From Gammaproteobacteria bacterium (GTDB lineage: Bacteria > Pseudomonadota > Gammaproteobacteria > Arenicellales > Poriferihabitantaceae): 64,000 bases of DNA. Each line of letters begins with the position of its first letter. Position 1 is the first letter of the stretch. Made by a program: the position numbers and the translations under genes. The stretch is from the NCBI GenBank assembly GCA_024644945.1, contig JAHEGU010000006.1:39143-103142 (forward strand), in the 5' to 3' direction. Below the pieces are notes generated by a model, which saw only the letters and a list, made by a program, of their open reading frames with translations, was not told where the DNA came from and searched no databases. Of this stretch, positions 46,475 through 55,814 are shown one piece after another.

Positions 46475-46924
46475 ATGACGATGATCTGGTCCGTATATCT
46501 CTCCGGCGAAATTCATACCGACTGGCGTGAGCAAATCATGAGAGGTTGTGAATCTCTCGGATTACCGCTTGAATACATGTCCGCAGTGACCGACCATGAA
46601 GCCAGCGACGCTGCGGGGGATTTGCTGGGCGAAGAGAACAGCGGATACTGGCGCGATCACAAATCTTCCAAAGTGAATGGTATTCGCACCAAGACGCTGA
46701 TCGAAAATTGCGACATCGCAATAATCCGATTTGGCGACAAATACAAGCAGTGGAACGCGGCTTTCGATGCAGGGTACTGCGCAGCCATGAATAAACCTTA
46801 CATCACGCTTCACGCTGAAGACATCGTCCACCCTCTCAAGGAAGTAGACGCTGCAGCGATGGCCTGGGCGACGACACCCGAGCAGGTTGTTGGAATTCTA
46901 AAGTACGTAACCCAGGAGGGTTAG
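46475..46924 (+). CDS. YtoQ family protein (nucleoside 2-deoxyribosyltransferase-like fold)
   Basis: 149 aa. VYLSGEIHTDWREQI and FGDKYKQWNAAFDAGY match my recollection of B. subtilis YtoQ. Confidence 0.7.
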   Translation: MTMIWSVYLSGEIHTDWREQIMRGCESLGLPLEYMSAVTDHEASDAAGDLLGEENSGYWRDHKSSKVNGIRTKTLIENCDIAIIRFGDKYKQWNAAFDAGYCAAMNKPYITLHAEDIVHPLKEVDAAAMAWATTPEQVVGILKYVTQEG

Positions 46925-46995
46925 CCGTTTCAACCACGGCGAAGTTGTACAAAAAAATTAAAACGTGGAATATCGATCTGGTTAGAGTTTAAAAA

Positions 46996-47181
46996 ATGAG
47001 CCGGGAAACCATAAAAGCGATCGTGCTGGCGGGGCACGGTGCAACGGACAAGCTCGAATATGTCGACTTCCCGAAACCGGTTACAGCGGAAGACGAGTTT
47101 TTGATTGAGGTGCATACTTGCGGCATGGACAACCCCGACGTTTGGGCTCGTCAAGGAGCGTACACCACTGCTGGCTCCTGA
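46996..47181 (+). pseudogene. 5' remnant of a zinc-type alcohol dehydrogenase / quinone oxidoreductase (MDR family) gene
   Basis: A 61-codon ORF, IKAIVLAGHGATDKLEYVDFPKPVTAEDEFLIEVHTCGMDNPDVWARQGAY, equals the first ~55 residues of a ~330-aa MDR enzyme. It then stops 25 nt before the convergent OCD gene. Confidence 0.6.
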
Positions 47182-47206
47182 TATCGAACTGGTCGCTTTC
47201 GATCCC

Positions 47207-48220
47207 TTAACTAGGAATCTCAAATCCAGCGCCCGTAGAAATCGCTTTCTGATACGCCAAGGACGCTAACGCGAGATCCCCAATCGCCACTGCGCGAAAT
47301 ACAAAAGCAGTGCGCTCAGCTGGCGTCTGACGCCCAGAGACAGTGCCGCTGACCAGGCCGGTAATATCACCTCCTACCAACTCAATCTCAACCATCGGAT
47401 CGGGCATTGCGGCTTCCTGGGTCAGATCGTCAATAATGATCCGATCAAATGCCTTCATGCTCTCATCGATCCAAGGCAATGCAAGGTCAGTTGATGAGAC
47501 AAACACGCCCTGCTTCAGCCATCCCGCATCGATAAATGGGTCGACCCTGGAGGTAATGGGAATTGAAGATACAATAATGTCCGCATCGTCAACCGCGGAA
47601 TTTGCGTCATCACAGGGTACTGCCTTGAGACCCATTTTTGAGGCTGTATCGCACAGCAAATCGCGACTTTTGGTGCCGCGCCCAAGCGCTCGAATTTCTT
47701 TAATCGGGTATAGCGTGCTGAATAACTTTAGGTGGGCTCTGGACTGTAGACCAGTACCGATAAATGCCATTACCGAAGATTCTGCATTCGCCAGATACCG
47801 TGCCGCCAGCGCACTCGCTGCGGCAGTTCGCACAGCCGTAATCCAGTTACCGTCCAGATACGCAACCGGCACACCGGTCTGACCATTAAGTAACATGATT
47901 GATCCGTTGATAGCCTCCAGCCCCTGTTTAGCGTTCTCCTGATTGACAATCACCCCTTTAACCGCCATCAATGGTGGTTCGTCACAGGTCGACAAAGTAG
48001 CCATCAGATAACGGCCATCTGGCGTTGCCAGCGCGGCTTTAGGAGCGGCCTGCACGCTTCCCGCTGCCTGAGCCTTCAGTAATGTCTCAAGTTGCGTCAC
48101 CATCTCTTCAGTTTTGATATCGAGGGACTCAAGATTTTGCCGCGACAAATAGAGCATGGAGTTGTTTGAGTTGTTGAATTTGAATTCAATGGTAACAGGC
48201 TTGTTCATAGATTTTGTCAT
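47207..48220 (-). CDS. ornithine cyclodeaminase / mu-crystallin family protein
   Basis: About 337 aa (start at 48220 or 48208, uncertain). OCD-like pattern including the Rossmann FIGTGLQSRAHL and ...AVRTAAASALAARYLA. Confidence 0.75.
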   Translation of the reverse strand: MTKSMNKPVTIEFKFNNSNNSMLYLSRQNLESLDIKTEEMVTQLETLLKAQAAGSVQAAPKAALATPDGRYLMATLSTCDEPPLMAVKGVIVNQENAKQGLEAINGSIMLLNGQTGVPVAYLDGNWITAVRTAAASALAARYLANAESSVMAFIGTGLQSRAHLKLFSTLYPIKEIRALGRGTKSRDLLCDTASKMGLKAVPCDDANSAVDDADIIVSSIPITSRVDPFIDAGWLKQGVFVSSTDLALPWIDESMKAFDRIIIDDLTQEAAMPDPMVEIELVGGDITGLVSGTVSGRQTPAERTAFVFRAVAIGDLALASLAYQKAISTGAGFEIPS

Positions 48221-48244
48221 TCTGAAAGCTGCTAACTCGTCATT

Positions 48245-48260
48245 CCGGATTCCAATCCGG
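48245..48260. promoter_or_regulatory. perfect 7-2-7 palindrome CCGGATTccAATCCGG in the OCD/sulfotransferase divergent region
   Basis: Seen directly in the sequence. It lies 25-40 nt upstream of the preferred OCD start, and a related ATCCGG copy sits at 48351-48356. Confidence 0.3.
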
Positions 48261-48483
48261 GACTCGAAGCAGCTTCCTGGGGTCCAGGACCGGGTGTCGC
48301 GCACTTTTATCCAGATGGCAGAGTTCGTAGATTCATCATCTTGAAATCCGATCCGGGAATTAGGGCAAATATATAAGACCCTGAATACAGTGCAGAATGA
48401 CGCTTAGAAAGTTCGGTAAAGCTGGCCCCATCCAATCTTAAGTTATACTGCGGGCCAAATTCAATATCGATGTAATCCACGCC

Positions 48484-49383
48484 ATGGCAGCGCCTTTGAC
48501 CCGGCCAACTACGATCGAAGAGGTAAAGGCCCGTCTCGACCGCTTCAGTTCAGATGAAAGTAATAAGGCAGGCCTAAATTATCGGCCCAAACCAAGTGAC
48601 GTATTTATTGCGACCTATCCAAAATGCGGTACCACCTGGATGCAGCAGTTGGTCCATTGTCTGCGTACACGGGGGGATATGGGTTTCGCGGAGATCACAC
48701 AAGTCGTGCCCTGGCTTGAGCTGTCTTATGACTTAGGCATCGATAACTACGCCCCACAGATATCAGCTCCCCAAGCATTTAAATCCCATTTCTCTTGGAA
48801 TCAGATTCCCAAGGGCGGACGCTATATCCACGTGACCCGGAACCCTGAAGACGTACTGGTTTCATTCTACCGCTTCTTCGAGGGTTGGTTTTTTGAAACC
48901 GGCTCCATCAGTCTCGATAGTTTCGCCACTGAGCTTTTTCTTGGCGGAAGCGGATCCGGAAAATACTGGGATCACGTTGTCGATTGGTGGCCACATCGTC
49001 AACAAGAGAATGTTCTGTTTCTGACTTATGAAGACATGGTGGATGAACCTGACAGGATGATTGAACGTGTAGCCGACTTTATAGGCATAAACCTTGATCC
49101 GGAGCTGCGTTCGATTGCACTGGAGAATTCTTCGGCCGCGTTTATGCGTCAACACGCACATAAATTTGACGATCATGCTGTTCGACAGAAAACTGACCCA
49201 AGATGTGGGCTGCCGCTTAGCGGGGACTCCGCAAAGATTAGTGCCGAAGATAGTGGATCTCCAAAACCCAAAATAAGCATGCAACTCAAGGCTCGGCTGC
49301 AAACAAACTGGCAACAGATGGTCTTTCCAGTTACCGGACTAAAGGACTATCATCAGCTGCGTCAAAATATACTGGCTGGATGA
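48484..49383 (+). CDS. cytosolic-type PAPS-dependent sulfotransferase (Sulfotransfer_1-like)
   Basis: 299 aa. 5'-PSB loop YPKCGTTWMQQLV, catalytic-His context AFKSHFSW, and YIHVTRNPEDVLVSFYRF. Confidence 0.75.
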   Translation: MAAPLTRPTTIEEVKARLDRFSSDESNKAGLNYRPKPSDVFIATYPKCGTTWMQQLVHCLRTRGDMGFAEITQVVPWLELSYDLGIDNYAPQISAPQAFKSHFSWNQIPKGGRYIHVTRNPEDVLVSFYRFFEGWFFETGSISLDSFATELFLGGSGSGKYWDHVVDWWPHRQQENVLFLTYEDMVDEPDRMIERVADFIGINLDPELRSIALENSSAAFMRQHAHKFDDHAVRQKTDPRCGLPLSGDSAKISAEDSGSPKPKISMQLKARLQTNWQQMVFPVTGLKDYHQLRQNILAG

Positions 49384-49426
49384 AATTTGGTGAAGATGCT
49401 GCAAATCCTTTCTATTCGAATCTGAT

Positions 49427-50998
49427 ATGTATGCACTGATCCTATTGCTCGCATTCTTATCCGGTCTGATTTTCCGTTCGCTCGGTTTTCCGCCACTGCT
49501 TGGATATCTGGTAACGGGATTTGCGGCGCATACACTTGGGATCGGTAGCGCCGAGAGTATCGAACCATTTGCCGAGCTCGGCATTACCCTGCTGTTGTTC
49601 ACCATCGGTCTAAAACTCAATCTAACAAAACTTGCGGCGCCGCAGGTCTGGGCCGTTGCCGGGATCCATATGGTGGTTGTGTTAATCCTAACCATGCCAT
49701 TTATATTGCTGGTTGTGACCTGGTTGGAGACGTTTAATATCGCGAACCAGGAAGGATTCTGGACGTTAGCATTCGCATTGTCGTTTTCAAGCACCGTGTT
49801 CGCAGTAAAGATGTTTGATACCCGAGGAGAGAACACTTCTTATCATGCGACCATTGCTATAGGCATACTTATCATACAGGATCTGGTCGCAGTTGCTTAT
49901 CTGGTAGTGACGTCGGACAAATCTCCGAATCTATATACCGCACTGCTACTACTTCTGCCATTGGCTCGCCCTTTGCTGCTCGCGACGCTGCAGCGTGTGG
50001 GACATGGTGAGCTGCTGCTTTTATTCGGCGTAGGTGCCGCTATTGGTGGTTTCGAGTTGTTCGAGCTTTTAAATCTTAAAGGCGGCCTTGGCGCGCTGGT
50101 ATTTGGACTACTCCTGGGTGGAACTGCAAAGTCACAGGAACTGTATAAAAACCTGATCCAGTTAAAAGACCTTTTTTTGATCGGCTTTTTTCTGCTGATT
50201 GGATATTTCGGACTGCCGTCGGCCGAAATATGGATCATGGCAGGATTACTGTGTCTGGTTCTGCCACTAAGACCGCTCATCTACTATGCGCTGCTGGTCA
50301 CATTTAGGCTCCGATCTAGAACGGCATTCTTCGCCGGGATGTCGCTATTTAACTATAGCGAATTCGGACTGATCGTCGCTGCGATCGCAACCGAAGCCGG
50401 GACGATGCAGGCAGAATGGCTAACCACCCTTGCCCTGGCTATGGCGCTATCGTTCTTCATCGCCACACCAGTCAATACGCGAATTCACAAACTTTATAGA
50501 CGCCATTTTCTCTGGACCGAGCGGTTCGAGCGGGAGGATCGGTTGCCCATTGAGCGTTTCCCTGATCTCGGACGAAGTGAGATCGCGGTGCTCGGCATGG
50601 GACGGGTAGGCCTCGGCGCATACACCTTCCTCAAAGAGAATTATTCAGACTCAATCGTTGGAATTGAGGAGAATTACGAGAAAGCCAAACTTCATCAGGC
50701 GAACGGAATCAACTGCGACCATGGAAATGCCAGCGACCAGGCTTTCTGGATGCTTTCTGGATTAAATCGTTGCAACAAGATTTTTGTCTGTCTTTCGAAC
50801 CATCGGGAAAATCTCAACGTGGTTGACCTGGCTAGGGAATCGGGTTTTAGAGGAATTCTCGCGGTGGTATCGAGATTTCCCGACGAAGAAAGAGAGCTCC
50901 AGGAGCTTGGATGCATCACTTTTAATCTGTACGCCCAAGCAGGACACGGTTTTGCCGAACACGTTATGCATCAGATTGAACAGCCTGCCAAGGTCTGA
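49427..50998 (+). CDS. CPA2 cation:proton antiporter with C-terminal KTN/TrkA-N domain (Kef-like)
   Basis: 523 aa, with about 11 TM segments followed by the Rossmann IAVLGMGRVGLG. Confidence 0.8.
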   Translation: MYALILLLAFLSGLIFRSLGFPPLLGYLVTGFAAHTLGIGSAESIEPFAELGITLLLFTIGLKLNLTKLAAPQVWAVAGIHMVVVLILTMPFILLVVTWLETFNIANQEGFWTLAFALSFSSTVFAVKMFDTRGENTSYHATIAIGILIIQDLVAVAYLVVTSDKSPNLYTALLLLLPLARPLLLATLQRVGHGELLLLFGVGAAIGGFELFELLNLKGGLGALVFGLLLGGTAKSQELYKNLIQLKDLFLIGFFLLIGYFGLPSAEIWIMAGLLCLVLPLRPLIYYALLVTFRLRSRTAFFAGMSLFNYSEFGLIVAAIATEAGTMQAEWLTTLALAMALSFFIATPVNTRIHKLYRRHFLWTERFEREDRLPIERFPDLGRSEIAVLGMGRVGLGAYTFLKENYSDSIVGIEENYEKAKLHQANGINCDHGNASDQAFWMLSGLNRCNKIFVCLSNHRENLNVVDLARESGFRGILAVVSRFPDEERELQELGCITFNLYAQAGHGFAEHVMHQIEQPAKV

Positions 50999-51035
50999 TC
51001 CACAACGAATTTCCGTTCAGACCATCCGTGCATAC

Positions 51036-52589
51036 CTATAACGGCAAAGGTTCCAGCCGTGGCTCATCGGTTTTGAGCCCTTCTTTACGCTTGACCACAT
51101 AGGCTTCAAGCTCCTCCACGATAGCGGGATCGATAGCCGGGGCTTCGAAATCCTCAAGCACTTTCTGCCATAGCTCCGTAGCACGCATGGTTGCATCCTT
51201 GGCTCCTGCTGCCTGCCAGTTCTCGTTGTTCTGCCAGTCACTTAAGAACGGTTCGTAAAAGGCAGTCTTGTATCGCGCCATGGTATGCCCACAGCCGAAG
51301 AAATGGCCTCCCGGTCCCACCTCCTGCATGGCTTCCAGACCAAGCTCCGCATCGTTAACCTCAATCGGTCGCAGAAGGTAACTCATGTGTTGCAGCATTT
51401 CGCAGTCCATCACAACTTTTTCAAAAGAAGCAACCAATCCACCCTCAAGCCAGCCGGCCGCGTGATAAATCAGATTACCGTGACCCATCACTGCACCCCA
51501 AAGCGCCATCTGCGTCTCCCAGACCGCCTGTCCATCCACTGTATTGGACGCGTTGCACCCACTCGTGCGGTAAGGCAACCGGTAACGACGGGCGAGCTGA
51601 CCGCCGGCCATATTAGCTAAAGAGTTTTCCGGGGTACCAAAGGCCGGTGCACCGGAACGCATATCAACATTGGAGGTAAAACCTCCATACACTACCGGCG
51701 CGCCGGGTCGGGTCAACTGCAACAGGCAGATACCGAGCAACGCCTCTGCATTCTGCTGCGCCAACGCAGCGGCCATCGTAGCCGGCGTCATCGCCCCCAT
51801 CAGGGTAAACGGTGTCACCGTTACCGGCTGACCCAGCATCGCGAGTTGCATCGCCCCATATGCCATGGAGTCGTCAAGCTTGCGAGGCGAGTTAATATTG
51901 ATATTAGTCATCACCGTTGGATGCTCGATCATTTGATCAAGACTAAGACCTTTCGCAATTGCCGCCATTGCCACTGCATCATGGACACGACCACCGCCAA
52001 TACCGATAGTGAAAAAAGGTTTATCGCTTAAAGTCAAATTAACTAGCGTGGTGTCCAGGTGACGACTGTTGGGTGGCAGATCAGTCGTCGCCACCCCCTG
52101 GGTCCCGATAAAACTGATCACATTGAAATACTGACCCAGACTGATAATTTTTTTGTAGTCGGCAAAGTTACCGGGCCGGCGGCCATTAATACAGTCGTGC
52201 ACATTGGGTGGTCCTGACACCAGACCGAAATTAATGCTGTTGCCACCGCAGTGTATAGTATTTTCCGGGTTTCGAGGGGTCACGCTGAACTCGGCCGGCG
52301 CACATGAAACCGTTTCCATTACTAATCCCCGATCCATCTTGACTATGCCGTCGGTAACCTCGGCGCCCGCTTTTCGAAATACATTCAGTGCCTGATCTCC
52401 CAGCACCTCGATGCCTTGCTGCTCGAGTATGTGCATCGAGGCCTCGTGGATTTTTTCCAGCTGCTCTTCGTTCAGGGGCTCTACGGGCGCCAGTCGACTC
52501 GTCAGCCTGGTTTTCTCCAGTTGCCGAATAGTGGGCGTCGGCTCGCTTGTTTCTGGTTCACGCCGTCTGCGGCGACCCGCACGCGCCAT
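51036..52589 (-). CDS. MttB-superfamily (trimethylamine methyltransferase-like) protein, non-pyrrolysine type
   Basis: 517-aa uninterrupted ORF with no in-frame TAG. Family-typical N-terminus LNEEQLEKIHEASMHILEQQGIEV and overall size. Confidence 0.8.
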   Translation of the reverse strand: MARAGRRRRREPETSEPTPTIRQLEKTRLTSRLAPVEPLNEEQLEKIHEASMHILEQQGIEVLGDQALNVFRKAGAEVTDGIVKMDRGLVMETVSCAPAEFSVTPRNPENTIHCGGNSINFGLVSGPPNVHDCINGRRPGNFADYKKIISLGQYFNVISFIGTQGVATTDLPPNSRHLDTTLVNLTLSDKPFFTIGIGGGRVHDAVAMAAIAKGLSLDQMIEHPTVMTNININSPRKLDDSMAYGAMQLAMLGQPVTVTPFTLMGAMTPATMAAALAQQNAEALLGICLLQLTRPGAPVVYGGFTSNVDMRSGAPAFGTPENSLANMAGGQLARRYRLPYRTSGCNASNTVDGQAVWETQMALWGAVMGHGNLIYHAAGWLEGGLVASFEKVVMDCEMLQHMSYLLRPIEVNDAELGLEAMQEVGPGGHFFGCGHTMARYKTAFYEPFLSDWQNNENWQAAGAKDATMRATELWQKVLEDFEAPAIDPAIVEELEAYVVKRKEGLKTDEPRLEPLPL

Positions 52590-52803
52590 CTATAACCTCT
52601 CTCTTGGTGGACTGGGTTTGATCAATTGTTGTGGGACACTCTAATGTCTGGCAATCTAACTGAAACGAATTATTCGCCGGTTAGCTTATCAATACTGGTG
52701 AAATTTAGACACACTCAAAACTAATTTTATGATCGCACGATTTGTCCCCACATTACGGCGATCCGAGACATTGAAGACGGCGGGCCATCTAGACGCACGG
52801 GTT

Positions 52804-53430
52804 TCAGTTAGTTTTTACCGCGGCATCTCTATAGGGCCTATAAACATAATATTTAGGTCTGTCATCTAACCGCACGTGCAACCATGCCACCCCACCACCA
52901 GCGGTATTCAGCCATAGCGGCCTATCACCAAGACGTTGCTGCACGCAGGCGCCTACTAGCTGCCAAAATGAATGTAACTGTTGAGCAGGCGCCGTTTTTA
53001 AAAAAGACAGGAGATGGCTGTAGGCCGAGTCGTCATCAACTGGACCTGGCAAGATCATGATCGCGTCACCCCCTAAATTCGGGAACGCCCCAACACCACT
53101 ATCGTCGATCCGCCTAAAAAGAGCGCGAAAGGTTTCCTTGTCAGCGCTTCCTTTCAATCCCGGACTATTCAGCACTGCACATTCAAATGGACCGTCCGCT
53201 GAGTGGGTAGTTAAAGGTGGAAATTCCCATCGTATCGCCGGGTAAGGAAGACCGGTAAGAAGTGTCGTGAAATAGTCTCGAAACACCCCCTTGTTAACCC
53301 ACATGGCAAAAACATCCCGGTAGGAAAGGACCGCATCGCCGCAGGTGATAGAGATTAACTGCCCCTCGATGCCCTTTAATTCCCGACTCGTATGACTATA
53401 CATGGAAGACTGAGAGGATTCGTTTGACAA
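52804..53430 (-). CDS. hypothetical protein, no family recognised
   Basis: 208-aa ORF (start at the TTG at 53430 or the ATG at 53403). Soluble, with distinctive IRWEFPPL and FPNLGGDAIMILPGP segments. Confidence 0.45.
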   Translation of the reverse strand: MSNESSQSSMYSHTSRELKGIEGQLISITCGDAVLSYRDVFAMWVNKGVFRDYFTTLLTGLPYPAIRWEFPPLTTHSADGPFECAVLNSPGLKGSADKETFRALFRRIDDSGVGAFPNLGGDAIMILPGPVDDDSAYSHLLSFLKTAPAQQLHSFWQLVGACVQQRLGDRPLWLNTAGGGVAWLHVRLDDRPKYYVYRPYRDAAVKTN

Positions 53431-53709
53431 TTGAAGCGGGTAAAACTCCGGATTGATCTAGCTCTCATTGGAGCGAGACAGGTAGAGTGATATCCGCAAG
53501 ATAGTTATCCAGAGTATCGGGGCTTGCTTGAGTAATTTGCGTTCTACTCATAGGAAAGAAGATTTTGAACACCAGATCAGCAGTTCGACTGATCACCAAG
53601 ATAAAGCCGGCGCAAAGATCCACTTTGATCGCAAATCCTGCTGACTTCTGATGCATATAAAATTTTTCAAAGCGTATCAATCGCTACACCCATCGTTATA
53701 GGTACGCGG

Positions 53710-54831
53710 TTACTCAGTCCCGGCACGCTCCAGCGCTCGCGCCAAATATTGATGGAAGTCCCAAACTGTTCCTTCCATATCCGGAGGCGCAAGTGGGCCA
53801 GGCACTTGAAATCGGGAGCCCATTCCATACTGAACCTGCTCAAGCACTTCTTTATCTTCCTGCATCGTATCCTGGAACAGTTTTATAGCGTTGTCTATCT
53901 GCTTCTGGTGCCATTGATCACCATAAAAAATCAACCCGATTTTAACTCGTACTTTGTCGATAGCCTCAGGCCTGATGCATAGAAACGAGCTGTAGTCACT
54001 GCCGATTCCAACGGTCAGCCCAGGTGGTATAGCAAACATTACACAGGTATCCATTTCTGCCTCAGACAGATCTGGATGACCAATACGATCCTCGGGGAGC
54101 CTGGTGCTGAATCCAACCTTGTATCCAAAATAAGCGGTTCCAGGTGCTAATTGTTGGCACAGGCTGGTGGGATTTACCTTATGAAGCGTGTTTCTGTGCA
54201 GTGGCGAGAGATGATAGCCCTCCATGAAATTCTCAACCAGTGTCTTCCAGTTTACCGGCCAGGTCTCATCGGACAGATATCGAAGCTGCATTTGTTCCAG
54301 ATGATAGTTGCCGATCTCCACATCCAGCGGGGCCAGCAACGCATGAAGATCCGGCGGGGACGAGGATAGAGACACGAAAAGGAAACCCTGCCATGTTTCA
54401 CAAGCCAGCTGCGGCAGGCGGCAGTTTGCCAGGTCGTAGTGGCTTGAAGGTTCTATTAACGGCGCGTTCACCAACTTGCCTGTAGTGTCATAGGCCCAAT
54501 GGTGATAGGGACAAAGCAGACTTTTAACATTGCCGGAATCTTTTAAGATGACAGTACCGCGGTGGCGACAGACGTTCGACAGCGCCCGAATCACCCCATC
54601 ATGGCTGTGAATCACTAATATCGGCTCAGAAGCAAGATCAAAGGTAATGTAATCTCCACTCTTATTAATTTCTTCCTCACGCCCGACGCAGATCCAGTGC
54701 TGCGCAAACAGTCTTTCTCGTTCGATATCTAGCCACTCCGTGTCGGTGTAAAAAGCACCGGGCAGGGACAATGCCTCAGCATAAGGTTTATCTTTTATTG
54801 CTCTTAAAACATCAAGAAATTCCGGTTTCAA
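53710..54831 (-). CDS. Rieske non-heme iron oxygenase alpha subunit, CntA/GbcA/choline-monooxygenase-like
   Basis: 373 aa. CRHRG-x16-CPYHHW Rieske motif, mononuclear iron motif NFMEGYHLSPLH, and size close to CntA. TTG start with GGGAG 9 nt upstream. Confidence 0.8.
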   Translation of the reverse strand: MKPEFLDVLRAIKDKPYAEALSLPGAFYTDTEWLDIERERLFAQHWICVGREEEINKSGDYITFDLASEPILVIHSHDGVIRALSNVCRHRGTVILKDSGNVKSLLCPYHHWAYDTTGKLVNAPLIEPSSHYDLANCRLPQLACETWQGFLFVSLSSSPPDLHALLAPLDVEIGNYHLEQMQLRYLSDETWPVNWKTLVENFMEGYHLSPLHRNTLHKVNPTSLCQQLAPGTAYFGYKVGFSTRLPEDRIGHPDLSEAEMDTCVMFAIPPGLTVGIGSDYSSFLCIRPEAIDKVRVKIGLIFYGDQWHQKQIDNAIKLFQDTMQEDKEVLEQVQYGMGSRFQVPGPLAPPDMEGTVWDFHQYLARALERAGTE

Positions 54832-54892
54832 TTAAGATTGCTCCCAGGGAAACGAATCCGGTCGAGCGGAGATTGTCGCAGGGGCACTGTAC

Positions 54893-55723
54893 TCACGTTG
54901 TTCTCCCATAAAACCCGAGCTGCTCTTCCTCTGAAAATAGTTTTCCAGGGTGTTCATAATACGAAAACACGGCAATCATTCTTTCTCTTGATCCAACCAC
55001 CGGGGTTATCCTGTGTGCGGTATTCTTACCACGAAATACACTTAGTGTGCCGGCTTTTAGACGCAGAATTTTCATTTTTGGGTCATCGCCACCAAGCAGA
55101 CGTGCGACGCCATCGTAATTTGGGTCGACGTCGTTGCGCAAACCGGTACGATACTGTAACTCACCCCCACCTTTTGGAGCTTGCAGAAGTAAGGTGGTAG
55201 TGAACTCCGAGCGATCAAAGTGCCAATTTAACCCTTCATGCTCACGATAAGACATCACGTTAACGCGCGCTAGCGGGTCATCCATCAAATAGAGCATAGT
55301 TTTATTCATTGTGTTCGCGAGAAACTTTATCAACGGAGGGTATTCATACACCTTGATCACGACACTGTTTTCGATTTGATCCGCGCACACAGTACGATTG
55401 GCGGTCTCAACCTGCACAAGAGCTGGGTGGTTAGGCTCAAGGCCTGGAACGCTATCAAGAAAATAAATGTTGTGCCGCCGCCGGTGAGTATAAGAATCAA
55501 TAGCCATCACCGGCTGCATTTCATCGACCGCTGCGCGGCAGACATCGGGGCGAAGAAAGCCTTCCAGATTAAACATTCCGATTCGTTCGAGATCTTTTTG
55601 ACATCGATCAACTAGCGACCGATAAGCGTCACTGTCGGGTCGCCCTATTGGATAGTTCTCAAGGTCGATCAGATTTTGCATAGTAACGTTAAGGTCAAGG
55701 TCAAAGAGATGGTCAATCAGCAT
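54893..55723 (-). CDS. 2-oxoglutarate/Fe(II)-dependent oxygenase superfamily protein
   Basis: HxD...H...R pattern (NWHFDRSEF; NTAHRITPVVGSRERMIAVFSY). The start is uncertain: ATG at 55723 or 55681. The longer ORF to 55894 would overlap the divergent gene. Confidence 0.6.
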   Translation of the reverse strand: MLIDHLFDLDLNVTMQNLIDLENYPIGRPDSDAYRSLVDRCQKDLERIGMFNLEGFLRPDVCRAAVDEMQPVMAIDSYTHRRRHNIYFLDSVPGLEPNHPALVQVETANRTVCADQIENSVVIKVYEYPPLIKFLANTMNKTMLYLMDDPLARVNVMSYREHEGLNWHFDRSEFTTTLLLQAPKGGGELQYRTGLRNDVDPNYDGVARLLGGDDPKMKILRLKAGTLSVFRGKNTAHRITPVVGSRERMIAVFSYYEHPGKLFSEEEQLGFYGRTT

Positions 55724-55814
55724 GCAATCTTTGTCAATGGGGCACCAGGCCGGTTGAATCGTCTGCGGCGATACAGGAAACTCGAGGTTTGTAGACACTG
55801 AATCGATTCTCCCC

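Noticed and set aside
53465-53680. 71-aa minus-strand ORF between the 208-aa protein and the Rieske gene
   Set aside because: No RBS and no recognisable features. It is probably a chance ORF in a 280-bp intergenic region.
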